A stretch of DNA of 64,000 nt from an uncultured Rickettsiales bacterium (GCA_964588995.1 CAZPQM010000004.1:10128-74127); one strand, 5' to 3'; positions 38,728 to 49,474 are shown, counted from the first letter of the stretch. The notes: generated by a model not told the origin, from the sequence alone. Numbers and translations: made by a program.

Positions 38728-39921
38728 CTATATTTGGATAATGTCTCGATAGAGCGGCGGAAAGTTCTCCATCATCCTATCTAATTCTTTCGATAATTGC
38801 TGTGGCATAATAAACTGCAGCGGTTTGACATTCGATTCTGGTACCGGCCCTTCAATCGTGGAGCCATACGCGCCAAGGTCCATAACACTAGTAGCGTCTT
38901 TGCCTGGCCCTTTAAGACTAACGAATTTGAGCTGTTTGGGATGCGGCAGGTAGTGTTTATCCTCTTCATCTAGTGCCGCGCGGATAGTCGTATAAGCGCG
39001 GACGGTTTCCATCATGGCGGTCCGTATGGGCGACTCTGCTTCCTTCCCCGCCATTGTCATGAGCACATTACCGTGCGGGCCGATCAGGCTAACGGCATTG
39101 GCCGTATGGCCACTTGCGTAGGCTTCTTTAGCGACTTGTACCATGCGGTCTAATATCGCACTATCAGGTGCCTCATAGTCACTTTTTACGGTAACGGCCT
39201 GGCTATCATATTCCCTAAGCAACTGTTTCACCTTGTGATCATCCGGTAGTTCACTTGGATCTAAATATTCACCGGGTTCTTCTTCATTAATTTGCTGTTG
39301 TACGGTTTTGAGGCTCTGCCAGAATGCTGCTTTAGTGCGTTCTTCAATCTTAGGGTCGATTACTTCCCCACGGAAGGGGGAGTTTACTGAACCGCTAAAT
39401 TCGCGTACGCTATCAATGGCCAAATAGGAAAGTGCCTGCAGTGCCTTGATGCGCAGGTTGCTTGGCAGTCCCTCAAACTTCCGATCACCTGTATGATTAA
39501 CGCCAGCTACTTTATCAAGTCCAATAGTGGCGACATGAAACCCGCCTTCTAAACACGCGCCCGCACACATCATGCATGGATCTAATGAAGACACGATAGT
39601 AATATCTTGCGGTCTCGGTAGTGCATTGCCGGATTGTACTTGCTCATAGTACCAGTCGACCAATTGCCGCTCTGCATGAGCAGTGGGGTCTGCTACCTTA
39701 CCATCCTGGATAACTGCGTTGCGTGCAACGGCTAATACCTCACCTGACGCAGAATCCAACATCACAGCACCTACACCAAATGTTCCTAATGCGAATGCTT
39801 CTTCTGATAAGGTTGCTACTAGCTCAGTTGGGTCATGGCTGTTGATATCACCTTCCCCTGTCAAAGCAGCGCCTGCCGTTACGCCAGGTGAAACAGATTT
39901 AGCATTAACCACTTTCATCAT
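38728..39921 (-). CDS. Zn-dependent nucleoside deaminase with degenerate second domain
   Basis: DPTAHAE...LDPCMMC; frame continues upstream beyond a TAA at 39940-39942. Confidence 0.85.
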   Translation of the reverse strand: MMKVVNAKSVSPGVTAGAALTGEGDINSHDPTELVATLSEEAFALGTFGVGAVMLDSASGEVLAVARNAVIQDGKVADPTAHAERQLVDWYYEQVQSGNALPRPQDITIVSSLDPCMMCAGACLEGGFHVATIGLDKVAGVNHTGDRKFEGLPSNLRIKALQALSYLAIDSVREFSGSVNSPFRGEVIDPKIEERTKAAFWQSLKTVQQQINEEEPGEYLDPSELPDDHKVKQLLREYDSQAVTVKSDYEAPDSAILDRMVQVAKEAYASGHTANAVSLIGPHGNVLMTMAGKEAESPIRTAMMETVRAYTTIRAALDEEDKHYLPHPKQLKFVSLKGPGKDATSVMDLGAYGSTIEGPVPESNVKPLQFIMPQQLSKELDRMMENFPPLYRDIIQI

Positions 39922-40207
39922 ATCTGCGGGCCTTTCTGCTTATGCGCTTTCTTTCCTAATTGAATCAGTCAGCTCTTCAAATTCACCACTATATTCTGCA
40001 TCTGACAGATATACATTATCCGTTGGTATGATGCCTGGTAGCGCAATTAATGTTGTTTGGGAAAAATCTACGACAACATTGTTTGGTTCTATCAACTCCG
40101 CTTTGAGTGATTCGGGATTTTCACGCCATATTTTGATGATTCTGTTCCTTAGTAGAATATCGCTGCTTCGATGTGAACATGGGTTTCGGCTAGGGGTATG
40201 TGGGAGG

Positions 40208-41959
40208 TCATCGGCTAGCTACAGTTTGTTTTTCTAGATCAGGGCCGCGACCGCGTAGTGCTTGAACGCGTAAACTTGCTGTAGAAGATTGCTCTTTATC
40301 CGCCTCCTTAAGCGCTTTTATATGATTGGGGTTATCTTTTAACTGATCGGGTAATTGGGGTGATGCTATTACCATATCACCCTTCGCTTCTTCACCTTCA
40401 GGCCCTTTCTTTGGGATATATTGATCTTTAGCGATCATAGCAGTGATTGCAAAAACCTCTCTTATCAACTGCGCCTTGGTGGCAATTGGGTCTAAAGACT
40501 CCATCCGCGCTTGACGTGATAGTTGCTCGCTGAGTTTTTTTGCCAAATCGAAGTCATGATCAGTTAGCAACGTGATAGTATTTCGTGCAAGCTCTTTAAA
40601 TTCGCGATGTGACGCTTTTATTTCGCCGTCTAGCCTTGTCATTTGCGCATCAATTACCGTTTCAATAACGTCGTTTAATCCTTTTTGTTGTATTTTGCGT
40701 AACTTTGCTTTTTCATCAATCTTTGCAATACACGCATCACGTTTTTCTAACAACGCCTCCAGCGATTTACTTATTTGAGCAGATAGGTTAGGTGCATATT
40801 CTTCAAGTGCTTTGATCGCTGTTTCTATTACATCAACTGCAGGTGATTCTTTGAATTCCAGCAGGCGTTTTTCCTTGGTGATATTGCGTTTATTCTCCGT
40901 ATCAGTACGATATTTGCCGTATTTTTCGTCTTTAAACCCTGATGCCCGGTCGATGACGTTAGGTGCTTCCTGTACATATTTGCCAATCGCCGCATAGGCT
41001 TCAAGCGCCATTGATTTTGCGATTGCTTTTTCATCCTCGGTTTTTGCCAAATCAAATAGTTGTCCTAATGCGGCTTCAATGCGATTGATCCCAATCATGA
41101 CATGAACAGAAGTCGCTAGGTCGTAATTCACTGCATTGGCATCCGCTTGTTGCTCAAACAGCCATAAGCCGCCATGCAAGCGTTCTAGCGTTTTGCCTAG
41201 CGCGCCGGAGAAGGTTTGGTAGTTTTCACCTTTTTCATAGATATCCATGATTTTAGCATGCCACTTTTGCGCGTCTTCCGATAGTTCTACCTCTTCTGAT
41301 GCTGCCTTAATGCGCTCCGCCAGATCACCAAACTTACGGACACGTTGCTCTGCATATTATTTCAAAATCTTTTCTTTACCTGCCGTATACTCTTCTTCTG
41401 TTAGTACTTTGCGTTGCTCTTTGAAATCTTTGAGCTCAGCATCACGTTTCCCATAGAGTAACTGCAGCTCTTCTTTTGCGTCGCGGATAAGCGTTTTATA
41501 TTCATTTGTCGCATAATTATTACCTTGCTCTTCCTGCTCTGCCGCATGCAGACGCAGTTTTAAGCTAGATTCGGTGATCATATGTTCAATTTCATCACGC
41601 CCTTCAAAGCTAATGCCAAGCGACATATCCGCCACTCTGAGTAGCTCGTCAATTTCTTCTCCATTATCATGAATATCAAAAAATAGCGTTGTATCAGCAC
41701 GGAGCTCTGCAATAGCGCTATCAGCTTTATCAACGCCTGCTTTATCGAGCACTTTATCTAATAGTGGACGGATACCTTTTACGTGCGATGCGGTAGAATC
41801 ACCTCCTCCATAAGGCACATGAGGCTCATTATCAAAGCGCATCACCTGTTGCAGCGCCCAGTCTCCGAGCGAAATAGCGCGAACTACCGTCTCAGGGATT
41901 TGTGTTCCTTCGGATAAATTATCATTGAGCTCATCATAATAGGATTTATTTTTGTCCAT
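40208..41959 (-). pseudogene. HD-domain-like protein interrupted by one in-frame TAA (41357-41359)
   Basis: ORFs 41357-41959 and 40208-41248 share a frame with 36 open codons between; STASH...IHDNGE motif. Confidence 0.65.
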
Positions 41960-42290
41960 CCCAATTAATGGTTTCTTTTAAAGGATCTTCTTTATCCAGA
42001 TTATCACGGCCTGTCGCTTCCTCGATTGCAACTTTAGTCCGTAAGTATTTTAGTTGGATATCAAGTTCCGCTTCAAAGTCAGCTTTTGTGAGAGTGCGAC
42101 CTTCACCTTCCGCTAGCTTTGTAACTTCCCAGTGTAATTGATGTTCACCCTGTAAAATAAACGCTTTTTTGATAGCAGTGATTACATCTATATTAAGCTC
42201 GTCTGGTTCAATATTATTTAATGTACGCTGTATCGCCTCAATATGTTCAATACGATGTTTCATCTGCCACGCTCCATATAACGTAAGCAT
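41946..42290 (-). CDS. Hypothetical protein, possibly the frameshifted N-terminus of the HD-like gene
   Basis: Open frame overlapping the next ORF; GGAG before ATG. Confidence 0.5.
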   Translation of the reverse strand: MLTLYGAWQMKHRIEHIEAIQRTLNNIEPDELNIDVITAIKKAFILQGEHQLHWEVTKLAEGEGRTLTKADFEAELDIQLKYLRTKVAIEEATGRDNLDKEDPLKETINWDGQK

Positions 42291-42308
42291 AAGTATACTC
42301 TCCAATCC

Positions 42309-42324
42309 TTAATATATAGTTAAC
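42309..42324. promoter_or_regulatory. CtrA-box-like motif
   Basis: TTAA-TATATAG-TTAAC. Confidence 0.4.
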
Positions 42325-42519
42325 AAATTGTAAAAAGGTGCAATTTGTTAGATTTAGATTGTTATTTTTGCATTAACTCCATGTGATGTTCATAATGCCG
42401 GGCGTGGGCGTTCGGTCTGAGCTGCCATAGTGTTTCAGATAGCGCTTGTAGCGTCATTGCATTCACGGCAAAACGTGAATAGCCTTGCTTTTGCGCGATT
42501 GCTCCGCTAAGAATCACCC

Positions 42520-44514
42520 ATGCCAACCGATTTATTTGCGAATGCCAAAGCGGTGGAAAAGGCCGCTGAGTACACCGCGAAGGATATTGAAGTCCTCGAG
42601 GGGCTGGAGCCTGTGCGTAAACGCCCGGGGATGTATATCGGCGGAACGGATGAAGCGGCGATGCATCATCTCGTCTCTGAGGTGTTTGACAACTGCATGG
42701 ATGAAGCGGTTGCGGGCTATGCCAACCGCATTGAGATGGATCTGCATGGCGACGGTTCGATCACCATTCGCGATAATGGCCGGGGCATACCCACCGATCC
42801 GCACCCGAAATACCCGAAAAAATCCGCGCTGGAGGTGATTCTCACCACGCTGCATTCCGGTGGTAAATTTTCTAATAAAGCCTATGAAACATCCGGCGGG
42901 CTGCACGGGGTTGGGATTTCCGTCGTGAATGCGCTGGCGAGTGAGCTAACGGTCGAAGTCGCGCGGGATCGGCAAGTCTGGGCGCAGCATTTTTCGCAAG
43001 GGAAGCCAACCTCGCAGCTGGAAAAGATAGGCGAGACAGCCAATCGACGCGGCACCTCCATTTGGTTCAAGCCGGATGCGGAGATTTTTGGTACGGGCAA
43101 AAAATTCAAGCCAAAACGGCTGTTTAAATTCGCGCAGAGCAAGGCATATTTGTATAAAGGCGTGGAAATTCGCTGGGCGTGTGATCCAAGCCTGCTGAAA
43201 GAAGGCGATGATACGATCCCCGAGAAAACCACGCTGCATTACGAAGAGGGTTTGAAGGAGTTTTTGACGCAGGAGCTGCACGGCGAAAAATGTGTCACGC
43301 CGGAGCCGTTCGCGGGTGAGGTGAAGCTCGCAGAAGGGCAGGGGCGGGTCGAATGGGCGGTGCATTGGCCACTGCTTGCTGATGGGTTTGCTCACTCTTA
43401 TTGCAACACGGTGCCAACGCCACTGGGCGGAACGCATGAGACGGGCTTACGCGCCGCGCTCTACAAGGGCCTTCGGGAATATGGTGAGATGATTGAAAAC
43501 AAAAAAGCGAAGCAGATCACGGGTGAGGATGTGTTCAGCAGCGCCTGTGTGATTCTCTCGCTATTTTACAAATCCCCCGAATTTCAGGGGCAGACCAAGG
43601 ATAAGCTGGTCAGCAATCAGGTAACGAAGCTCGTAGAAAATGCGGTGCGCGATCAGTTTGATCATTGGCTTTCCAGTAACCCGGAAGCCTCGAATGCGCT
43701 GATGACGCATATTATCGAGCGGGTTGATGAACGCCTCCGCCGGAGGCAAAAAAAGGAGGTCAGCCGCAAGAGTATTACGCAGAAGCTGCGTCTGCCGGGT
43801 AAACTGGCTGATTGCTCTCAGGAAGATGCGGAGGGTACGGAGATTTTTCTGGTGGAAGGGGACTCGGCGGGCGGCTCAGCAAAGCAGGCACGCAACCGGG
43901 CTACGCAGGCGATTTTACCGCTTAGGGGGAAGATCCTCAATGTGGCAAGTGCGACAAGAGATAAAATCGCGGCGAATCAGGAAATCAAGGATATGCTGAT
44001 GGCTCTTGGTTGCGGTACGGGGAGCGATTACAGGGAAGAAGATTTGCGTTATGAAAAAATAATTATCATGTGTGACGCAGATGTCGACGGCGCGCATATT
44101 GCGTCTTTACTGATGACATTCTTCTATAAGGAGATGCCGAAACTGATTGAAAACGGGCATCTCTATCTCGCGCAGCCGCCGCTCTACCGCATTACGCAAG
44201 GCGCCAAGAGCTACTACGCAGCAGACGCGGGCGAACTGGAGCAGATCGTTGAAAAATTAAAGAAAAATAAGGGGAAAATCGAAACCGGACGCTTTAAGGG
44301 ACTGGGGGAAATGACGCCTCCGCAGCTCAAAGAAACCACGATGGACCCGACGAAGCGGACGCTCTGCAAGGTCGTCATCACGGACGATGGCTGGGGGCTT
44401 GCCAAGCAGCGCGTTATTGAGCTAATGGGCAAACATCCGGAGCTTCGCTTCAAATTTATTCAGGATCAGAGCTCCATATACGGCGAGCGTATTGCAGAAG
44501 CGCTGGATATCTAG
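42520..44514 (+). CDS. parE: DNA topoisomerase IV subunit B
   Basis: LEPVRKRPGMYIG, DNCMDEAVAG, EGDSAGG, RFKGLGEM..QLKETTM; no GyrB insertion. Confidence 0.93.
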   Translation: MPTDLFANAKAVEKAAEYTAKDIEVLEGLEPVRKRPGMYIGGTDEAAMHHLVSEVFDNCMDEAVAGYANRIEMDLHGDGSITIRDNGRGIPTDPHPKYPKKSALEVILTTLHSGGKFSNKAYETSGGLHGVGISVVNALASELTVEVARDRQVWAQHFSQGKPTSQLEKIGETANRRGTSIWFKPDAEIFGTGKKFKPKRLFKFAQSKAYLYKGVEIRWACDPSLLKEGDDTIPEKTTLHYEEGLKEFLTQELHGEKCVTPEPFAGEVKLAEGQGRVEWAVHWPLLADGFAHSYCNTVPTPLGGTHETGLRAALYKGLREYGEMIENKKAKQITGEDVFSSACVILSLFYKSPEFQGQTKDKLVSNQVTKLVENAVRDQFDHWLSSNPEASNALMTHIIERVDERLRRRQKKEVSRKSITQKLRLPGKLADCSQEDAEGTEIFLVEGDSAGGSAKQARNRATQAILPLRGKILNVASATRDKIAANQEIKDMLMALGCGTGSDYREEDLRYEKIIIMCDADVDGAHIASLLMTFFYKEMPKLIENGHLYLAQPPLYRITQGAKSYYAADAGELEQIVEKLKKNKGKIETGRFKGLGEMTPPQLKETTMDPTKRTLCKVVITDDGWGLAKQRVIELMGKHPELRFKFIQDQSSIYGERIAEALDI

Positions 44515-44638
44515 TAATATTATTTTCGTTTGTTGAAAATAGCATTCTATTTTCAAAGGAGCCTTACGGCTTCGCCGATTAAAGGAGTGTGATTACTATC
44601 GCGCAGCTATTTTAGAAGTCTTTTGCAGGGGGTAAAAC

Positions 44639-46543
44639 ATGGCGGTATTTCCAACGGGGGATGATAATCTCGATGCGCTGAATCTGGGCGAAACCTGGAC
44701 CGGGCAAACGGGCCGGGGGGTAACGGTACAATATACTTTCGGAAGTGAGTATGCGATTAACGGGGGTGATTTTTCCATTACGACCAATCCGTTTGAGGTC
44801 GATCCCTGGTTTGAAAGCGTTGTGGGCCGAGCGCTTGGGGAATGGTCCGAGGTGGCTAATATTAATTTTGACTATGTCGTTCCTTCCGTCAGCAATCAGG
44901 AATATAATAACAGCATACCGCTTAAGTTTGTGCATGCCGAAACAGGAGACGGTTCACTCGGTTTTTCACTCTCCGAAACGCAGGGCGATAAGATCGTTGC
45001 TAGCGGCATTGTGGTGGATGATGACTTATTCGAGGCGGATATGCAGCCCGGTGGGCTCGGCTATCTGACGCTCCTGCACGAAATCGGCCATAGTATCGGG
45101 CTTGCGCATCCGGATGATTTTACCGGTGCGGGCGAGTCTCCTTTTGGCACGACATTCGATGATAATCTCGAGAATCTTGATAATTCGATTATGATATCAT
45201 TGTTACCAACGGTTGGTGAATTTACTTCGTTTACGGCGCTTCCGATTACACCGCAGGTTTACGATATAGAAGCCATTCAATATCTCTACGGCCCTAACCT
45301 GAATACCAGCAATGTGAATAATGTGTATAGTTTCAACGGTGAGCAGCGCGTTGAAACGATCTGGGATGCCGGTGGCTTTGATGAGGTTATCAATACCGGT
45401 TTTGCAGGTGATCAACGGTTGGATATCAGCGGTCGAACCGGAGCCAGCGTGGTGGGTAATAGCATTATCTGGTTTGCGGAAGGTTCCAACATCGAAAATA
45501 TCATCTCCGGCAGTGGTAATGATACGCTGATCGGTAATGAGCTTAATAACTACGTTTTCGGTGGATTTGGTAATGATACACTCGATGGTGGCTTTGGTTC
45601 GGATGTGCTCGATGGTGCAGATGGTTATGATACGTTGCGTTTAATCGGAAGTAACACATATAACGTAATATTATGGCAGGGCGGAAATCAGGCATCGCTC
45701 ACTGCAGAACAGATTTTCAATTTTGAAGCTGTCGATGCATCGCTGGCGGTCGCCCCGGTCTTTATTAACGGGAATAGCATCAATAACACGCTGCTGGGCG
45801 GTTTCGAAGCGGATACGATTAATGGCGGACAGGGAAATGATTATATCCACGGCGGAACGCGCTCGAATTTTTCTGTAGATGATTTAGGCTACTATGCGGA
45901 GGAAATCGTCCTCGCGCTTGGGTTTGAAGATGTCGATGCCTATATCGCTGCCGGTGCGGAAGGATCACTGAATTTCCGCAGAGATATATTATCAGGTGAT
46001 CTGGGCAATGATACGGTGCTGGGCAGTTCCGGTAATGATGTGGTCTCCGGCGGGGCCGGGAATGATCTCGTAGCCGGTAATCAGGGTAACGATGTCATTA
46101 ATGGCGATGAGGGCGACGATACGCTCTATGGTGGACAGGGAAGTGATAATATAAGAGGTGGAGCCGGCGATGACGTGATTTATGTCGATGCGGGCACGCT
46201 GGATGAAGCCTGGGGCGGTACGGGTTCAGACCGCTTTATCTTCAAGCCGGATAATAACTCGGAGCAGACCAATATCTACGATTTTAGTTCTGCAGAAGAT
46301 GATATTATCCAGATATCGTCTTTAACCGGTAACTTTATTTCCACCGGCGAAATAATAAATGCACTTGAAGCTACTGCGCCTGATCCAATGGCGGAAGACC
46401 CGATAGAGCGTGCGGGATATACGGATTTGACCGTAAATGAACTTGATGGTGGCTCCTTTACGATTCGTATGGTTGGCACTGCGATTGATGTGGGCGGTGA
46501 GGGAGTGTCATTGCTTGCCGCTACCGATTTTGAAATCGTTTAA
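44639..46543 (+). CDS. Serralysin-like M10 metalloprotease with RTX Ca-binding repeats
   Basis: HEIGHSIGLAHP, SIM Met-turn, YDIEAIQYLYG, GGxGxD repeats. Confidence 0.9.
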   Translation: MAVFPTGDDNLDALNLGETWTGQTGRGVTVQYTFGSEYAINGGDFSITTNPFEVDPWFESVVGRALGEWSEVANINFDYVVPSVSNQEYNNSIPLKFVHAETGDGSLGFSLSETQGDKIVASGIVVDDDLFEADMQPGGLGYLTLLHEIGHSIGLAHPDDFTGAGESPFGTTFDDNLENLDNSIMISLLPTVGEFTSFTALPITPQVYDIEAIQYLYGPNLNTSNVNNVYSFNGEQRVETIWDAGGFDEVINTGFAGDQRLDISGRTGASVVGNSIIWFAEGSNIENIISGSGNDTLIGNELNNYVFGGFGNDTLDGGFGSDVLDGADGYDTLRLIGSNTYNVILWQGGNQASLTAEQIFNFEAVDASLAVAPVFINGNSINNTLLGGFEADTINGGQGNDYIHGGTRSNFSVDDLGYYAEEIVLALGFEDVDAYIAAGAEGSLNFRRDILSGDLGNDTVLGSSGNDVVSGGAGNDLVAGNQGNDVINGDEGDDTLYGGQGSDNIRGGAGDDVIYVDAGTLDEAWGGTGSDRFIFKPDNNSEQTNIYDFSSAEDDIIQISSLTGNFISTGEIINALEATAPDPMAEDPIERAGYTDLTVNELDGGSFTIRMVGTAIDVGGEGVSLLAATDFEIV

Positions 46544-46616
46544 GCCCTTCCGGCCGCCCAGCAGCGTGCTAATATAGAAAGAACGCTGTATTCTGTTCTA
46601 GCTTAAAGGCGGCTCC

Positions 46617-46937
46617 TTGACTTCTAAGACCTCCAGCCTTGCGGATCATCTGTTGCGCCTGCATGATCTGGTTGAATTGCTTCTCGATTATATCGAGGAA
46701 TATGTCGCGGCATCACCGGATAAGGAGGTGCAGGCCGAGTATGCCTATCTGTGGGGAGAGAAGGAAAATGCACTCTCGATTCTGACCAAATTGACCGCGC
46801 TGATGACCAAGCTGGATGGTTTGCAAAAAGCGCAGCCCCCAACGCAAGCGCCGGTTTTTACAGAGCAGGATCAGCAATTGCTCGACCATTTTATTGAAGA
46901 GAAACTCAAGGACTATGCCTCAAAAACGGCTGGCTGA
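46617..46937 (+). CDS. Hypothetical protein, candidate small terminase partner
   Basis: 106-aa helical ORF overlapping the terminase start. Confidence 0.55.
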   Translation: MTSKTSSLADHLLRLHDLVELLLDYIEEYVAASPDKEVQAEYAYLWGEKENALSILTKLTALMTKLDGLQKAQPPTQAPVFTEQDQQLLDHFIEEKLKDYASKTAG

Positions 46938-48318
46938 TTATATCACCACGACGCATTTCCCTACCTTTATTGAACGCAGCTTTCAGACGATAAACCCCGG
47001 CAAGGCCTACCTGTCTAACTGGCATATCGGGCTGATAGCGGAGCATCTGAATGCCTGCGAAACCGGGCAGATCAAGCGGCTCATCATCAACATGCCGCCG
47101 CGCCATATGAAGTCGATTTGCGCGAGTGTAGCGTGGCCCGCCTGGCTGCTTGCGCGTGAGCCTAGCCGCCGTATGATTGTTGCGAGCTATGCGCAGCCGC
47201 TTTCAACCCGGCTATCGCTAGATACGCGCCATATCATGCAGGCGGAGTGGTATCAGCGGCTTTTCCCGCAGACGCAAATAGCGACCGGGCAGAACGAAAA
47301 ACATAGATTTGCGACGACCAAGCATGGCTTCCGCTTTGCCACCTCCGTTGGCGGTTCCGTGACCGGGGAAGGTGGCGACTTTCTCATTCTCGATGATCCG
47401 CATAACCCGGCGGATATATTGAGCGAGAGCAAGCGCGAGGCGACACTGAACTGGTTCGATCAGACCTTTTCCAGCCGGTTGGATAATCAAAGAACCGGTG
47501 TGTTTGTGTTGGTCATGCAGCGGCTGCACCCGGAGGATATGACGAAGCATCTGCTTTCCAAGGCCGGGGTGAACTGGAAATTGCTGGAAATCCCGCTCTA
47601 TACCGAACATCCGCGGCTCTATCAGTTGAATCATTTTAAACATTGTTTCCATGCAGGTGAGGTGCTGCATCCGGAGCGCATGGGGCAGGCGGAAATTGAG
47701 CGGTTGAAGCAGGATATGGGGGCAGCGCATTTTGCTGCGCAATATCTACAGGCACCGGTGCCGATGGAAGGGCGTATGCTGAAGAAAGGCTGGTTGCGCT
47801 ATTATCCAAAAGAGCAGCACTTACCCTACAGCGCCATTTACCACAGTTGGGATACGGCGATTAAAACCGGCGCAGCGAATGATTATACGGCACTGACCGT
47901 TTGGGGTGAGTATGAAGGCGGGTTGTACCTGCTCGAGGTGATGCAGGCAAAGCTGGACTATCCGAGTTTACGTAAATGCTTTACCGAGCAAACGCGAAGC
48001 TGGAACCCGGAAGCTATCTTGATCGAGGATAAGGCGAGTGGGCAATCCTTATTGCAGGATATGCGCAAAAACAGCTACCTGCCGATTATCGCGGTCAAGG
48101 CGGCTAAGGATAAGCTCACACGGTTTGCCTCGGCGACCGCATTGTTTGAAGCGGGCAGGGTGCACCTGCCAGATGAGGCCGCCTGGCTTGCAGAGTATGA
48201 AAGGCAACTGCTCGAATTTCCCGCTTCACGACATGATGATATGGTGGATTCCACATCGCAGTTTTTGAATTGGTTTCATCTGAAGCAGAGCGGCAAGATG
48301 GCTGTGAGGAGTTTGTAA
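46915..48318 (+). CDS. Phage/GTA-type terminase large subunit
   Basis: NMPPRHMKS Walker A, ILDDP, MQRLH, SWDTA, IEDKASG, HDDMVDS. Confidence 0.93.
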   Translation: MPQKRLADYITTTHFPTFIERSFQTINPGKAYLSNWHIGLIAEHLNACETGQIKRLIINMPPRHMKSICASVAWPAWLLAREPSRRMIVASYAQPLSTRLSLDTRHIMQAEWYQRLFPQTQIATGQNEKHRFATTKHGFRFATSVGGSVTGEGGDFLILDDPHNPADILSESKREATLNWFDQTFSSRLDNQRTGVFVLVMQRLHPEDMTKHLLSKAGVNWKLLEIPLYTEHPRLYQLNHFKHCFHAGEVLHPERMGQAEIERLKQDMGAAHFAAQYLQAPVPMEGRMLKKGWLRYYPKEQHLPYSAIYHSWDTAIKTGAANDYTALTVWGEYEGGLYLLEVMQAKLDYPSLRKCFTEQTRSWNPEAILIEDKASGQSLLQDMRKNSYLPIIAVKAAKDKLTRFASATALFEAGRVHLPDEAAWLAEYERQLLEFPASRHDDMVDSTSQFLNWFHLKQSGKMAVRSL

Positions 48319-49461
48319 TCATTTACAACCTAGTATCACTTTAGCCGCTTTCTCGCTCGGGGTTTGGGAGTCGTTCAGACCGAGCTGTTCCATCGCGCGG
48401 TAACTTGCAGTGATGGCAGCCTGATCCGGAGCGCGGAGGAGCTCGGTTGCGGTGCGGGCAAGTTGGTCCGGTATGCATGCCTCCTGCAGCAATTCGGGGA
48501 TGACGGGCTGATTCAGCATGATATTGATCAGGTTGACATACTCCACCTGAATCATGCGGCGGAGTAGGGCGGCGGATAGCGGGTTGACCTTGTAAAAAAT
48601 CGCAAAGGGTACTTTCGCCAGCGCAAAATCGAGCGAGCCGGTGCCGGACTTGGCAAGTGCCGCATCGCAGGCGGCTATCGCGTGATACTTCATGCTATCA
48701 TCGCTGATAAGATGCGTCTTAAACGGCCAGCTAGCGGCTTCATCCGTTAAGCTCGCACGAAAGCGTGGTGTTGCAAACAGGACGATTTCCATCTCGCCAT
48801 ACTGATCCAGAAGTTGCGGCATGGTAGCTTTCAGGACAGGCAGATGCCGCTTGAGCTCGGAGGATCGGCTGCCGGGAAGGATGCCAAGCAGCTTTGTTTC
48901 CGAAGCGATGCCAAGTTGGGTACGGAAATAGGCAGCGTCACCCTGTTTGGCATCTTCAACAATCGGATGGCCGACGCAGGTCGCCTCCAACCCTTCCTGC
49001 TCGAAATAGGGCGGTTCGAAGGGGAGCAGGCAAAGTAAATGATCGAACAGGGCTGCCATTTTAGCGGCGCGCTTAGGCTTATAGGCCCAGACGCTCGGCG
49101 CGACATAATGTACAACGTGATGGCGGTGAGGTTCGGTTTTGCGGAGCTGCCTGATCACGCGGCGATTGAAGGCGGGCGCGTCGATGGTCAGCACGACATC
49201 CGGCTTTACCCCGATAATATCGTTTGCTGTCTGATTGATGCGGCGCAGCAATTTGGGAATATGCGGCAGAATCTCTAAGAAGCCAAGCAGGGAAAGCTCT
49301 TCCATCGGAAAAAGCGACTTGAGGCCTTCGGCCTGCATCTGCGGCCCGCCGATACCGGCAAAGCGGATATGCGGTTCTTTGGCTTTGAGCGCGCGCATGG
49401 TCTTCGCGCCAAGCGCATCGCCGGACGCTTCCCCGGCTATGAGATAGATGAGGTTTGGCAT
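48319..49461 (-). CDS. lpxB: Lipid-A-disaccharide synthase
   Basis: AGEASGD, HYVAPSVWA, LPFE, LPGSR. Confidence 0.96.
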   Translation of the reverse strand: MPNLIYLIAGEASGDALGAKTMRALKAKEPHIRFAGIGGPQMQAEGLKSLFPMEELSLLGFLEILPHIPKLLRRINQTANDIIGVKPDVVLTIDAPAFNRRVIRQLRKTEPHRHHVVHYVAPSVWAYKPKRAAKMAALFDHLLCLLPFEPPYFEQEGLEATCVGHPIVEDAKQGDAAYFRTQLGIASETKLLGILPGSRSSELKRHLPVLKATMPQLLDQYGEMEIVLFATPRFRASLTDEAASWPFKTHLISDDSMKYHAIAACDAALAKSGTGSLDFALAKVPFAIFYKVNPLSAALLRRMIQVEYVNLINIMLNQPVIPELLQEACIPDQLARTATELLRAPDQAAITASYRAMEQLGLNDSQTPSEKAAKVILGCK

Positions 49462-49474
49462 GAACACACCCTAC

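Noticed and set aside
42520-44514. gyrB call
   Set aside because: Length, missing insertion and QLKETTM/DEAVAG signatures fit ParE
46576-46600. GAAC/GTTC motifs upstream of the terminase pair as a LexA box
   Set aside because: Does not fit the alphaproteobacterial GTTC-N7-GTTC spacing; only an imperfect inverted repeat
23365-48318. One prophage spanning integrase to terminase
   Set aside because: attR closes the island at 38590, parE lies between, and no structural genes are present
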